DNA of 34,158 nt from Ilumatobacteraceae bacterium (lineage in GTDB: Bacteria; Actinomycetota; Acidimicrobiia; Acidimicrobiales; Ilumatobacteraceae). The stretch lies in contig JANPOJ010000664.1 in assembly GCA_031427935.1 (NCBI GenBank), positions 1 to 34,158 of the forward strand, written 5' to 3'. The position numbers and the translations under genes were made by a program. Shown here one piece after another: positions 16,285-24,043 of this stretch. The first letter of the stretch is position 1, and each line of letters starts with the position of its first letter. The notes beneath the pieces were generated by a model that saw only the letters and a list, made by a program, of their open reading frames with translations, was not told the DNA's origin and did not search any database.

Positions 16285-16334
16285 GAATCGTCAGTGACGA
16301 TACGAGCCCGGGCTTGAAACGTCACTGACGATTC
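16285..16334 (-). terminator. 50-nt hairpin with a perfect 15-bp stem, 3' of the NuoF-like gene
   Basis: gaatcgtcagtgacg (16285-16299) pairs with cgtcactgacgattc (16320-16334). The 20-nt loop contains the palindrome agcccgggct. It lies 15 nt beyond the minus-strand stop at 16350-16352. There is no U-tail. Confidence 0.5.
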
Positions 16335-16349
16335 ACGAGGACCGGCGAG

Positions 16350-17702
16350 TCAGGCGTGGTAGGTGACGGTGCTGTCGTCGGCGATGTCGTCGATCACGGG
16401 TACGCGCACAACCCGGCCCGACGTCGGCCGACCCTCCAGCAGAGCAGCAACATCGTCGGGGAACTCGCGCAGGATGCTCGACACCACGACCTGCTCCTCG
16501 GACCCCAGGTAACACCGGTTGGCATCGGTCACCGAACGAAGGCGGGTCGCCACCTGCCCGAGGATCTCATCGGTGGCACGACCATCGCAGATCGAGGCGA
16601 GGTCAGCAGTGATCGCCAGCGAGCCCTGCTTGCACGGTGGGCACTGACCGCACGACTCGGCGGCGAGGAACCGTGACAGCTCGTAGGCGACCAGCGTCAT
16701 GTTGACCGAGTCGTCGTACACGACGAAGCCGGCGGCGCCGAGCCCGGAACCTCGCGCCGCGAAGTGCTCGTAGGTCAGTGGCGTCTCGAAGGCATCGGCC
16801 GGCAGCACCGCGTTCGACACGCCCGAGAACGCCGCCTTGAAACGCCTGCCCGGCAACGGGCCACCGCAGAGCTCCAGCAATGCGGAGAACGGCGTGCCCA
16901 TCTCGACCTCGTGAACACCTGGCCGCACGACGTCACCGACGACAGTGGCGATGACGGTCCCCGGCGAGTCATGCGTGCCCATCGCCCGGAACCACTCGAC
17001 GCCACTGGCCATGATGTGCGCAGCGGACGCAAGTGTCTCGACGTTGTTGACGACGGTCGGGTTGGCCTCGGCGCGACCCGACACCGGGTGATTGCCGGAT
17101 TCCCACCCGATCGCCAAGTCGGTGGCGAACAGACCGAGCTCGTAAGGCGGCAGCAGGCGTGGGAGTGGGTCACGACCCTCGATCACCTCCAGCAGCGCCT
17201 TCTCTTCACCGTAGAGGTAGTCGTCTGGGCCCTCGACGATGTTGACACTGAGCTCTTGCAGCAACCCGGCTGCGGTGAGTTCGACTGCCGCCCGTTTCAA
17301 CGCCTGCACCTCACGGACGTACGAGCGTTTCGTTGCGAGGAACACCGTGCCCGCACCGACAGCGAAGGCGGCGACGGCGGCCCCCTCGACGATGCGATAC
17401 GGATCGCGACGGATCAGCATCCTGTCCTTGAACGTGGCGGGCTCGCCCTCGGCTCCGTTGGCCACCACGAAGCGCGTGCCGGCGCCGTCGTCGCGCACCG
17501 ACGCCCACTTGCGACCGGTCGAGAACCCTGCGCCGCCTCGGCCGCGCAACCCCGCAGCGGTGACCAGTTCGATCGTCGCTGTCTCGCCGATCTGGAGCGC
17601 CCGTTCGAGCCCGCGACCACCACCCGCGGCCAGGAAGTCGTCGATCCGCTCGATCGGCGACGGTGGCAGCAGGTACGGCTGCGTCACACCCAATCCGGCC
17701 AT
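16350..17702 (-). CDS. NuoF-like NADH-binding flavoprotein (51-kDa-subunit family), stand-alone
   Basis: Blocks seen: GLRGRGGAGFSTGRKW, VVANGAEGEPATFKDR, and a C-terminal ESCGQCPPCKQG 4Fe-4S motif. No nuoE or nuoG-like neighbours. Confidence 0.85.
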   Translation of the reverse strand: MAGLGVTQPYLLPPSPIERIDDFLAAGGGRGLERALQIGETATIELVTAAGLRGRGGAGFSTGRKWASVRDDGAGTRFVVANGAEGEPATFKDRMLIRRDPYRIVEGAAVAAFAVGAGTVFLATKRSYVREVQALKRAAVELTAAGLLQELSVNIVEGPDDYLYGEEKALLEVIEGRDPLPRLLPPYELGLFATDLAIGWESGNHPVSGRAEANPTVVNNVETLASAAHIMASGVEWFRAMGTHDSPGTVIATVVGDVVRPGVHEVEMGTPFSALLELCGGPLPGRRFKAAFSGVSNAVLPADAFETPLTYEHFAARGSGLGAAGFVVYDDSVNMTLVAYELSRFLAAESCGQCPPCKQGSLAITADLASICDGRATDEILGQVATRLRSVTDANRCYLGSEEQVVVSSILREFPDDVAALLEGRPTSGRVVRVPVIDDIADDSTVTYHA

Positions 17703-17705
17703 CCG

Positions 17706-17816
17706 CTACCCGAGCGGCGGGCGCTTGTCCTTCTTCTCGCGCTTTGCTTCGCGCTTTTCCTTGAGGGTCTTTCCGGCCTTCTTGGCGGACGGCTTCTGTG
17801 GCGACTTGCTGGGCAT
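17706..17816 (-). CDS. 36-aa lysine-rich small protein (below the size cut-off of the ORF track)
   Basis: My translation is MPSKSPQKPSAKKAGKTLKEKREAKREKKDKRPPLG, ending in TAG. A GAGGAGGG SD lies about 5 nt upstream of ATG 17816. Roughly 30 of 35 codons end in G/C. The stop is 3 nt before the NuoF-like ATG. Confidence 0.6.
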   Translation of the reverse strand: MPSKSPQKPSAKKAGKTLKEKREAKREKKDKRPPLG

Positions 17817-17862
17817 GGAGCCCTCCTCAGTACTGACTCAGAAGCGTGACCTTATCAGCGGC

Positions 17863-18104
17863 TCAGGCCACACCGGGTGTGACCAGACCGGCCTCGTAGG
17901 CGCGCATCACCAGCTGTGCCCGATCACGGGATTCGAGCTTGATCAACAGTCGCGACACGTGCGTCTTGCTGGTTGCCGGGCTCATGTAGAGGATCTCGGC
18001 GATCTCGGCATTCGAATGCCCACGAGCACCAGCACCTCGCGCTCGCGTTCGGTCAGGACGTCGGCGATCGCAGCGATCGCCACCCAGTGCACGGTGGCGT
18101 CCAT
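17863..18104 (-). pseudogene. stand-alone LuxR/GerE-type HTH, apparently frameshifted
   Basis: The frame from ATG 18104 reads MDATVHWVAIAAIADVLTEREREVLVLV and then nonsense to a TGA at 17982. Another frame continues ARGHSNAEIAEILYMSPATSKTHVSRLLIKLESRDRAQLVMRAYEAGLVTPGVA to a stop at 17863. The total span is 242 nt, which is not a multiple of 3. Confidence 0.7.
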
Positions 18105-19525
18105 CAACGCTCCAGCGTGGTCTCGTAGGCGTGGGCCAGGCGCAGCAAGTCGACGTCGGCGCGTGGGCGACCGATCAGCTGCATGCCCATCGGTAGCCCG
18201 CGATCGTCGAAGCCCACGGGCACGCTGATCGCCGGCAACCCGGCGAACGTGGCGTACGACGTGACTTCCATCCAGCGGTGATACGTGTCCATCTCCCGAT
18301 CGCCGATGCGGCGCGGCCATCGCTCGCTTGCATCGAACGGCCACACCTGCGCGGTGGGCAGCACGAGCGCATCGAAGCGATCGAACAGCGCTGTGATGCT
18401 GCGGTAGAACAGAGTTCGCTCGACCGAGGCGCGGGTCATCTGCAGGCCGGTGACCTCCATGCCGTGGTCGACCTCCCACAGGGCCTCGGGCTTCATCAGG
18501 TCGCGGCGTGACGGGTTGGTGATCAGCGGCAACAGGTTGGCCGACACCAGGAAGTAGCGCCACACCAACCAGGCCTCCCACACCCGCTCGGGTGACATCG
18601 CGAATGCGGTCGGCTCCACCGCGCAGCCGATGGATTCGAGACGGCGCAGGCCGGCTTCGCAACGGTCGATGATGCCCGGCTCGATCGCCAGATAGCCATC
18701 GAGATCACCCAGCCAACCGACGCGGATCTCGCCCTGCTCGGCATCGAGCGTGCGTCGCGCCGCGGCAACGGTCGCGAACTCGTCGAGGCGGCCCGACAGC
18801 GACAGCGGCGAGCCGGCGTCGTACCCCGCCTGCGTGCCGAGCAGCAGCGCTACGTCCAGCACCGTGCGCCCCATCGGGCCCTCCGTACCGAGTTGGGCGA
18901 GGAAGCTGTCGCGCTCGGGACCACCGGGGACGCGACCCTGGCTCGGCCGAAACCCGAACACGTTGTTCCATGCCGCCGGGTTGCGCAACGAGCCCATGTA
19001 GTCGCTGCCGTCGGCCACAGGCAGCATGTGCGTCGCCAGCGCCACCGCGGCGCCACCACTGCTGCCACCGGCGGTGCGGGTGAGGTCGAACGGGTTGCGG
19101 GTCGTGCCGAACACATCGTTGAACGTGTGCGAGCCCAGCCCGAACTCGGGCACGTTGGTCTTGCCGATCACGGTGCATCCGGCGGTCTTCATGCGGGTCA
19201 CCATCAGGCTGTCGGCGTCGGGCACGAAGTGCTCGAGCAACCGCGAGCCCAGCGTGGTGCGGATGCCCTTTGTCGCCGACAGGTCCTTGATCGCCTGCGG
19301 GATTCCGTGCATCCATCCGCGGGACTCGTCTCGCGCCAACTCGTCGTCACGCATTCCGGCCTCGGCCACCAGCTCATTACGGCTACGGATACTGATGATT
19401 GCATTGAGCGCCGGGTTCCGCTCGTCGATCCGGTCGAGGTAGGCCGTTATCACTTCGCGGCACGACACCTCACGGCGGTGGATCGATTCAGACAGCTGTG
19501 CGGCAGAGAGATCCGTGATGTCCAC
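18104..19525 (-). CDS. amidase-signature (AS) family amidase
   Basis: 473 aa with a GTG start. Contains GIPQAIKD, the GGSSGGAAVALA signature and other AS-family blocks. Confidence 0.9.
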   Translation of the reverse strand: MDITDLSAAQLSESIHRREVSCREVITAYLDRIDERNPALNAIISIRSRNELVAEAGMRDDELARDESRGWMHGIPQAIKDLSATKGIRTTLGSRLLEHFVPDADSLMVTRMKTAGCTVIGKTNVPEFGLGSHTFNDVFGTTRNPFDLTRTAGGSSGGAAVALATHMLPVADGSDYMGSLRNPAAWNNVFGFRPSQGRVPGGPERDSFLAQLGTEGPMGRTVLDVALLLGTQAGYDAGSPLSLSGRLDEFATVAAARRTLDAEQGEIRVGWLGDLDGYLAIEPGIIDRCEAGLRRLESIGCAVEPTAFAMSPERVWEAWLVWRYFLVSANLLPLITNPSRRDLMKPEALWEVDHGMEVTGLQMTRASVERTLFYRSITALFDRFDALVLPTAQVWPFDASERWPRRIGDREMDTYHRWMEVTSYATFAGLPAISVPVGFDDRGLPMGMQLIGRPRADVDLLRLAHAYETTLER

Positions 19526-19545
19526 CCTGGAAGGTTGCCATGCCG

Positions 19546-21159
19546 TCAGGGACGGTGGAAGACCCGGGCGCCGCCTACCCAGGTCTCATCGACGCTGGCG
19601 CCGGGCACATCGCTGCCGGCAATCGCCGTGATGTCGCAGTCCAGAACCGCGAGATCTGCACGGGCACCGACCGACAACGCTCCGGCATCGTCGTCGAACG
19701 CCTGGAACGCGCTCCCGGCGGTGTAGGCATGAATGGCCTGGAGGATGGGGATCCGCTCTTCGGGGACCCAGCCGTCGAGCGGCTCGCCGCGCTCGTTGCG
19801 CCGGGTGACGGCGACGGCGAGCCCATCGAGGGGTCGATGCGACGAGACCGGCCAGTCCGAGCCGAAGCTCACGGTCGCGCCGAGGCGGGCGAGGGTGGCG
19901 ATCGGGTACTGCAGCGAGCTGCGCTCGGGCCCGAGGCGTGGCAGGGTCAGTTCCGTCTGCGAGGCGTCGAGGCAGGCCCAGAGCGGTTCGAAGTTGGCGA
20001 TCACACCGAGTGCGCCAAAGCGTGCCCGATCGTTCGGATGCACCAGTTGGGTGTGGGCGATCACCGGGCGACGATCGCGTGCACCATTGAGTCGCGCCGC
20101 GTGCTCGATGGCGTCGAGCGCGATCCGCACGCCGGCATCGCCGATCGCGTGGATGTGGATCTGGAAGCCATCCGCGTCGAAGACGCGCACCGCCTCCTTC
20201 AAGCCCTCCGCCGTCCAGTTCGGCAACCCGCAGGAATGCGGTGCGTCCTCGTACGGCTCGAGCAGGTAGCCGGTTCCCGCCTCGATCACGCCGTCGGCGA
20301 AGAACTTCACCGTGCGGGCGGTGACCCACGACGACGCCGCGGCATCGGCCACGAGAATCCTGCGAGCGTCGAGGAAACCGGCGCGCTGGTGCGTCCACAA
20401 CACCGGGTCGGCCTTGAAGGCGGCGTTGATCCGGCAGGTCAGCACACCACGACGAGCCCCGTCCGCGTACACGTCGAGCTCGTCGAGTTGCACCACCGCA
20501 TCCTGTGCCCACACGATCCCCTCGGCGCTCAATGCCCGCATCGCCTCGGTCAGCCCGCGCTCGCGAGTTGCCCTGCTGATCGGGGGCATGTGCTGCTGCA
20601 CCAGTTCCATCGCCCCGTGTTCCAACAGCATCCCGACCGGTCGCCCGTCACCGTCGCGCACGATCGTGCCGAGCTCGGGATTCGGGGTCGACTCGGTCAC
20701 GCCCCCGATGGCGAGAGCCGCGCTGTTGGCCCACAATGCGTGGTAGTCGGTGGGGAACAGCACCACGGGTCGGTCGGCGCAGGCGGCGTCGAGCCATTCG
20801 GCGCGGCCGACGCCGTTCGGCAGGATCGGTGGCGCGTAGCAGTGCCCGACGATCCACGGATCGTCGGGGTGCGCGTCGGCCCATCGCCGCACTCGCTCGA
20901 TGACCTCGTCGAATGTGGGGACCCCGGTGAGATCGAGCCCGTTGCGGTTGATGCCGGCATGCAACGGATGGGCGTGACCGTCACGGAACGCCGGCACGAG
21001 ACAGCGGCCACCCAGCGGCACGATCTCGTCGAACGCCGTCGCCCACGAGCTGGCTTCGTCACCAATGGCGACGATTCGATCTCCGTCGATCGCCAACGAG
21101 GTCGCCGACGGGCCCCCTGGGGTGATGATGGGTCCGCCGGTGAAAAGCACACGTGACAT
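19546..21159 (-). CDS. amidohydrolase-3 (YtcJ-like) metal-dependent hydrolase
   Basis: ATG 21159 (MSRVLFTGGPIITPGG...). FRDGHAHPLHAG is the metal-binding HxH motif, followed by later IHIHAIGD and FGSDWPV blocks. The 635-aa ORF-track version has an implausible N-terminal extension. Confidence 0.88.
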   Translation of the reverse strand: MSRVLFTGGPIITPGGPSATSLAIDGDRIVAIGDEASSWATAFDEIVPLGGRCLVPAFRDGHAHPLHAGINRNGLDLTGVPTFDEVIERVRRWADAHPDDPWIVGHCYAPPILPNGVGRAEWLDAACADRPVVLFPTDYHALWANSAALAIGGVTESTPNPELGTIVRDGDGRPVGMLLEHGAMELVQQHMPPISRATRERGLTEAMRALSAEGIVWAQDAVVQLDELDVYADGARRGVLTCRINAAFKADPVLWTHQRAGFLDARRILVADAAASSWVTARTVKFFADGVIEAGTGYLLEPYEDAPHSCGLPNWTAEGLKEAVRVFDADGFQIHIHAIGDAGVRIALDAIEHAARLNGARDRRPVIAHTQLVHPNDRARFGALGVIANFEPLWACLDASQTELTLPRLGPERSSLQYPIATLARLGATVSFGSDWPVSSHRPLDGLAVAVTRRNERGEPLDGWVPEERIPILQAIHAYTAGSAFQAFDDDAGALSVGARADLAVLDCDITAIAGSDVPGASVDETWVGGARVFHRP

Positions 21160-21253
21160 ACCGCGAGTACAGCACCGGACGGGCGCTGGTTTGGCTTCGG
21201 CCGTACGCGGGAATGTCTGCGCGTTGGAATTGCCCACATAACGGAGGCAGCAC

Positions 21254-21697
21254 ATGTCCGAGACCACCGCCAGCGCATCCATCGTCATCGACCGGCCACG
21301 AGCCGAGGTTTGGAAGGCCCTGACCGACCCCGACCTGGTCAAACAGTATTTCATGGGCGCGACCTTGAAGACCGACTGGCAGGTCGGCCACCCGACCACG
21401 TTCTCCGGCACGTGGAAGGACAAGCCGTTCGAGGACAAGGGCGAGATCATCACCTTCGAGCCCGAGCAAGAGATGAGCTACTCGCATTGGAGCCCGTTGA
21501 GCGGCGCCGACGATGTGCCCGACAACTACCACGTCGTGCACATCACCCTCGAAGACGGCGCAGTCGGCACCAAGGTCACACTCGACCAATCGAACCTCAA
21601 CGGCGGCGTCAGCGAGGCAGACCGGGCGAGCCGTGACGACTACGAGAAGAATTGGTCGGCCACGTTGCAAGGCTTGAAGAAGGTCACCGAAGACTGA
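21254..21697 (+). CDS. SRPBCC/AHSA1-like (START-fold) protein
   Basis: 147 aa. A GGAGG SD lies 7 nt upstream. The N-terminus IVIDRPRAEVWKALTDPDLVKQYF is typical of the family. Confidence 0.85.
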   Translation: MSETTASASIVIDRPRAEVWKALTDPDLVKQYFMGATLKTDWQVGHPTTFSGTWKDKPFEDKGEIITFEPEQEMSYSHWSPLSGADDVPDNYHVVHITLEDGAVGTKVTLDQSNLNGGVSEADRASRDDYEKNWSATLQGLKKVTED

Positions 21698-21743
21698 CAT
21701 CGTCGCGTAGTCGGTGCAGCCACTTCGCGCTCGCCGGTTGCGA

Positions 21744-22883
21744 TCAGGTCGCCGGGCGGATGAGGAACTTCTGGCCGGTGGCCTGACGGGCATAGGTCTT
21801 GATGGCGTCGAGACTCAACGCACCGGCCAGCGAGACCTCGTCGGTGTAGTGACTAGCGAAGGTGGTGGTCAGTTCGGCCACCACCCGGTCGCGCAATCGC
21901 ATCATGCCTTCGAGACCGAGCTTGCCGAGGAACGGTGTCAGCAGCCAACCACCGATGCCCCACGCCATGCCGAAGTTGCGGGAGAACTCGGTCGGGCTGC
22001 GATCGAGCATGCCGTAGAGGTAGACCTGCTTGTGCGTCGTCGACCCGTACCGGTTGTACGTCGTGGCGTTGGCGTTGGCCGCGACCTCCATGCACGCCAG
22101 GATCTGGCCGACCAGCTTGCCGCCACCGATTGCGTCGAACGCAAGGGTCGCGCCGGTGTCGATGAGCGCCTTGGTGAGATCGTCGGTGAACGTCGGCAGG
22201 GACGAGTCACACACGTGGGTGGCGCCGAGATCGCGAAGGATCGCCTCCTGCTCGGGCTTGCGCACGATGTTGACCAATGGCACTCCGTCGGCGAGGCAGA
22301 TGCGCACCAGCATCTGGCCGAGGTTCGAGGCGGCCGCGGTGTGCACCAGCGCGGTGTGACCCTCCATCTTCATGTTCTCGACCATGCTGAGCGCGGTGAG
22401 TGGGTTGACGAAGCACGACGCACCCTGCGCCGGGTCGGTGCCGTCGGGCAGGGCGAGGCACAACGACGTGTCGACGCAGCGGTACTCCGCATAGGTCGCG
22501 CCACCGATGAGGGCGACCGTGCGCCCCAGCAGAGCCCGCGCCGAGTCCGACGAACCGGTGGCAACGACGACGCCCGCACCCTCGTTGCCGACGGGCATCG
22601 ACTGGCCACTGCGAGCAGCGAGGCCACGCATCGTCTGCGGCGGGATCGTCGCCGTCACGACCGGGTTCTCGGCAGTGCCGGACTCCGTCGCCGTGTCGAG
22701 ATCCGCGGTCGACAACAGCAGCCCGAGGTCTGAAGGGTTGATCGGCGCAGCCTCGATCCGAACGAGCACTTCGTTCGCTTTGGGTTCGGGAACCTCGACC
22801 GAGGCGATGGACAGCTCCAACTGCCCGCCGGGTGTGATCAGCGACCTGATCTGTCGCATCGTGCGGGGCAGTTCGTTCGGCAT
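21744..22883 (-). CDS. medium-chain dehydrogenase/reductase (quinone-oxidoreductase-like, no obvious Zn ligand set)
   Basis: ATG 22883 (MPNELPRTMRQIR). The layout is MDR-like: EVLVRIEAAPINPSD, GNEGAGVVVATG and a Rossmann region HTAAASNLGQML. Confidence 0.8.
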   Translation of the reverse strand: MPNELPRTMRQIRSLITPGGQLELSIASVEVPEPKANEVLVRIEAAPINPSDLGLLLSTADLDTATESGTAENPVVTATIPPQTMRGLAARSGQSMPVGNEGAGVVVATGSSDSARALLGRTVALIGGATYAEYRCVDTSLCLALPDGTDPAQGASCFVNPLTALSMVENMKMEGHTALVHTAAASNLGQMLVRICLADGVPLVNIVRKPEQEAILRDLGATHVCDSSLPTFTDDLTKALIDTGATLAFDAIGGGKLVGQILACMEVAANANATTYNRYGSTTHKQVYLYGMLDRSPTEFSRNFGMAWGIGGWLLTPFLGKLGLEGMMRLRDRVVAELTTTFASHYTDEVSLAGALSLDAIKTYARQATGQKFLIRPAT

Positions 22884-22929
22884 GTGCAGCTCCAGCGAGG
22901 TCGGCGGATGCCGGTACCCTACCGACGCT

Positions 22930-23958
22930 TCATTGGTCGCTCGATCCCTTCCACAGATTGATGCCGGCATCGGTCGCATACCCATCGATCTCGGCCAGTT
23001 CCTCGACGCTCAGCGACATGTTGGCCAACGCCCCGACGTTGTCGTCGAGCTGCTTCACGCTGCTGGCACCGATGACCAGCGACGTCATCCGCTCGTCGCG
23101 CAAGGCCCACACCAGCGCCAGCTGAGCCAGCGATTGGCCGCGTCGCGCCGCCACCTCGCCGAGGGCGCGCACCTGCGCAAGCCGGGGCTCGGTGATCGAT
23201 TCGGCGCGCAAGGCGCCACCGGTGGCGGCGCGTGAATCGGCCGGGATCCCATTGAGGTAGCGATCGGTCAACAGCCCCTGCGCCAAGGGCGAGAACGCAA
23301 TGCATCCGGCGCCGACGTCGGCCAACGTGTCGAGCAACTGATCGTCTTCGGTCCAGCGGTTGAACATCGAGTACGACGGCTGGTGGATCAGCAGTGGCAC
23401 GTGCTGCTCGGCCAACAGCTGCGCGGCCTGGCGCGTGCGCTCCGACGAGTACGACGAGATGCCGACGTACAGCGCCTTGCCCTGATGCACGGCTGAGACC
23501 AACGCGCCGACGGTCTCCTCCACTGGCGTGTCGGGATCCACGCGATGCGAGTAGAAGATGTCGACGTAGTCGAGACCCATCCGCTTCAGCGACTGATCGA
23601 GCGAGGCCAGCAGGTACTTGCGCGACCCGTGATCGCCGTATGGCCCCGGCCACATGTCGTAGCCGGCCTTTGTCGAGATCACCAACTCGTCGCGATGCTG
23701 CGCCAAGTCGGTCGCCATGATGCGACCGAAGTTTGCTTCGGCCGCGCCGTACGGCGGCCCGTAGTTGTTCGCCAGATCGATGTGGGTGATGCCGAGATCG
23801 AACGCCCTGCGGCAGATCTCACGCTGCGTCTCCCAGGGCCGGTCGTCGCCGAAGTTGTGCCACAGCCCCAGTGAAATGGCGGGCAACAACAGGCCACTGC
23901 GGCCACAACGGCGATAGCTCATCGACTCGTAGCGGGCAGGATCGGCAATGTATGACAT
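22930..23958 (-). CDS. gpr: aldo/keto reductase, YghZ/Gpr-like (L-glyceraldehyde-3-phosphate reductase family)
   Basis: ATG 23958. Nearly collinear with E. coli YghZ as I recall it. Shared blocks include LGLWHNFG, DLANNYGPP, STKAGYDMWPGPYG..GSRKYLLASLDQSLKRMGL.YVDIFYSHR, GKALYVGISSYS and LLIHQPSY. Confidence 0.88.
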   Translation of the reverse strand: MSYIADPARYESMSYRRCGRSGLLLPAISLGLWHNFGDDRPWETQREICRRAFDLGITHIDLANNYGPPYGAAEANFGRIMATDLAQHRDELVISTKAGYDMWPGPYGDHGSRKYLLASLDQSLKRMGLDYVDIFYSHRVDPDTPVEETVGALVSAVHQGKALYVGISSYSSERTRQAAQLLAEQHVPLLIHQPSYSMFNRWTEDDQLLDTLADVGAGCIAFSPLAQGLLTDRYLNGIPADSRAATGGALRAESITEPRLAQVRALGEVAARRGQSLAQLALVWALRDERMTSLVIGASSVKQLDDNVGALANMSLSVEELAEIDGYATDAGINLWKGSSDQ

Positions 23959-23982
23959 GGCCCCGACACTAGGTCGAACCAA

Positions 23983-24030
23983 CCTGTGGAGTCTTTCGAG
24001 GTACCCGTGTGGCCTCGAAGACTCCACAGG
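23983..24030 (-). terminator. long hairpin (about 18 bp with one bulge) 3' of the BNR-repeat gene
   Basis: cctgtggagtctttcgagg (23983-24001) pairs with cctcgaagactccacagg (24013-24030). It lies 14 nt beyond the stop at 24044 and is followed by TTGGTT on the minus strand. Confidence 0.55.
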
Positions 24031-24043
24031 GGTCAGCAGTGGT

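Noticed and set aside
16238-16297. A short plus-strand ORF (MSMRAPDVKRPSRTLLNRQ) in the arsR / NuoF-like intergenic region.
   Set aside because: It has no SD, is only 19 aa long, runs into the big hairpin and has no distinctive composition. It is most likely fortuitous.
17863-18104. Programmed ribosomal frameshifting in the LuxR-HTH gene.
   Set aside because: There is no slippery heptamer with a downstream structure at the shift point. The consensus spacing indicates missing nucleotides (about 7 nt) rather than a simple -1/+1 recoding site. A deletion or a sequencing indel is the simpler explanation.
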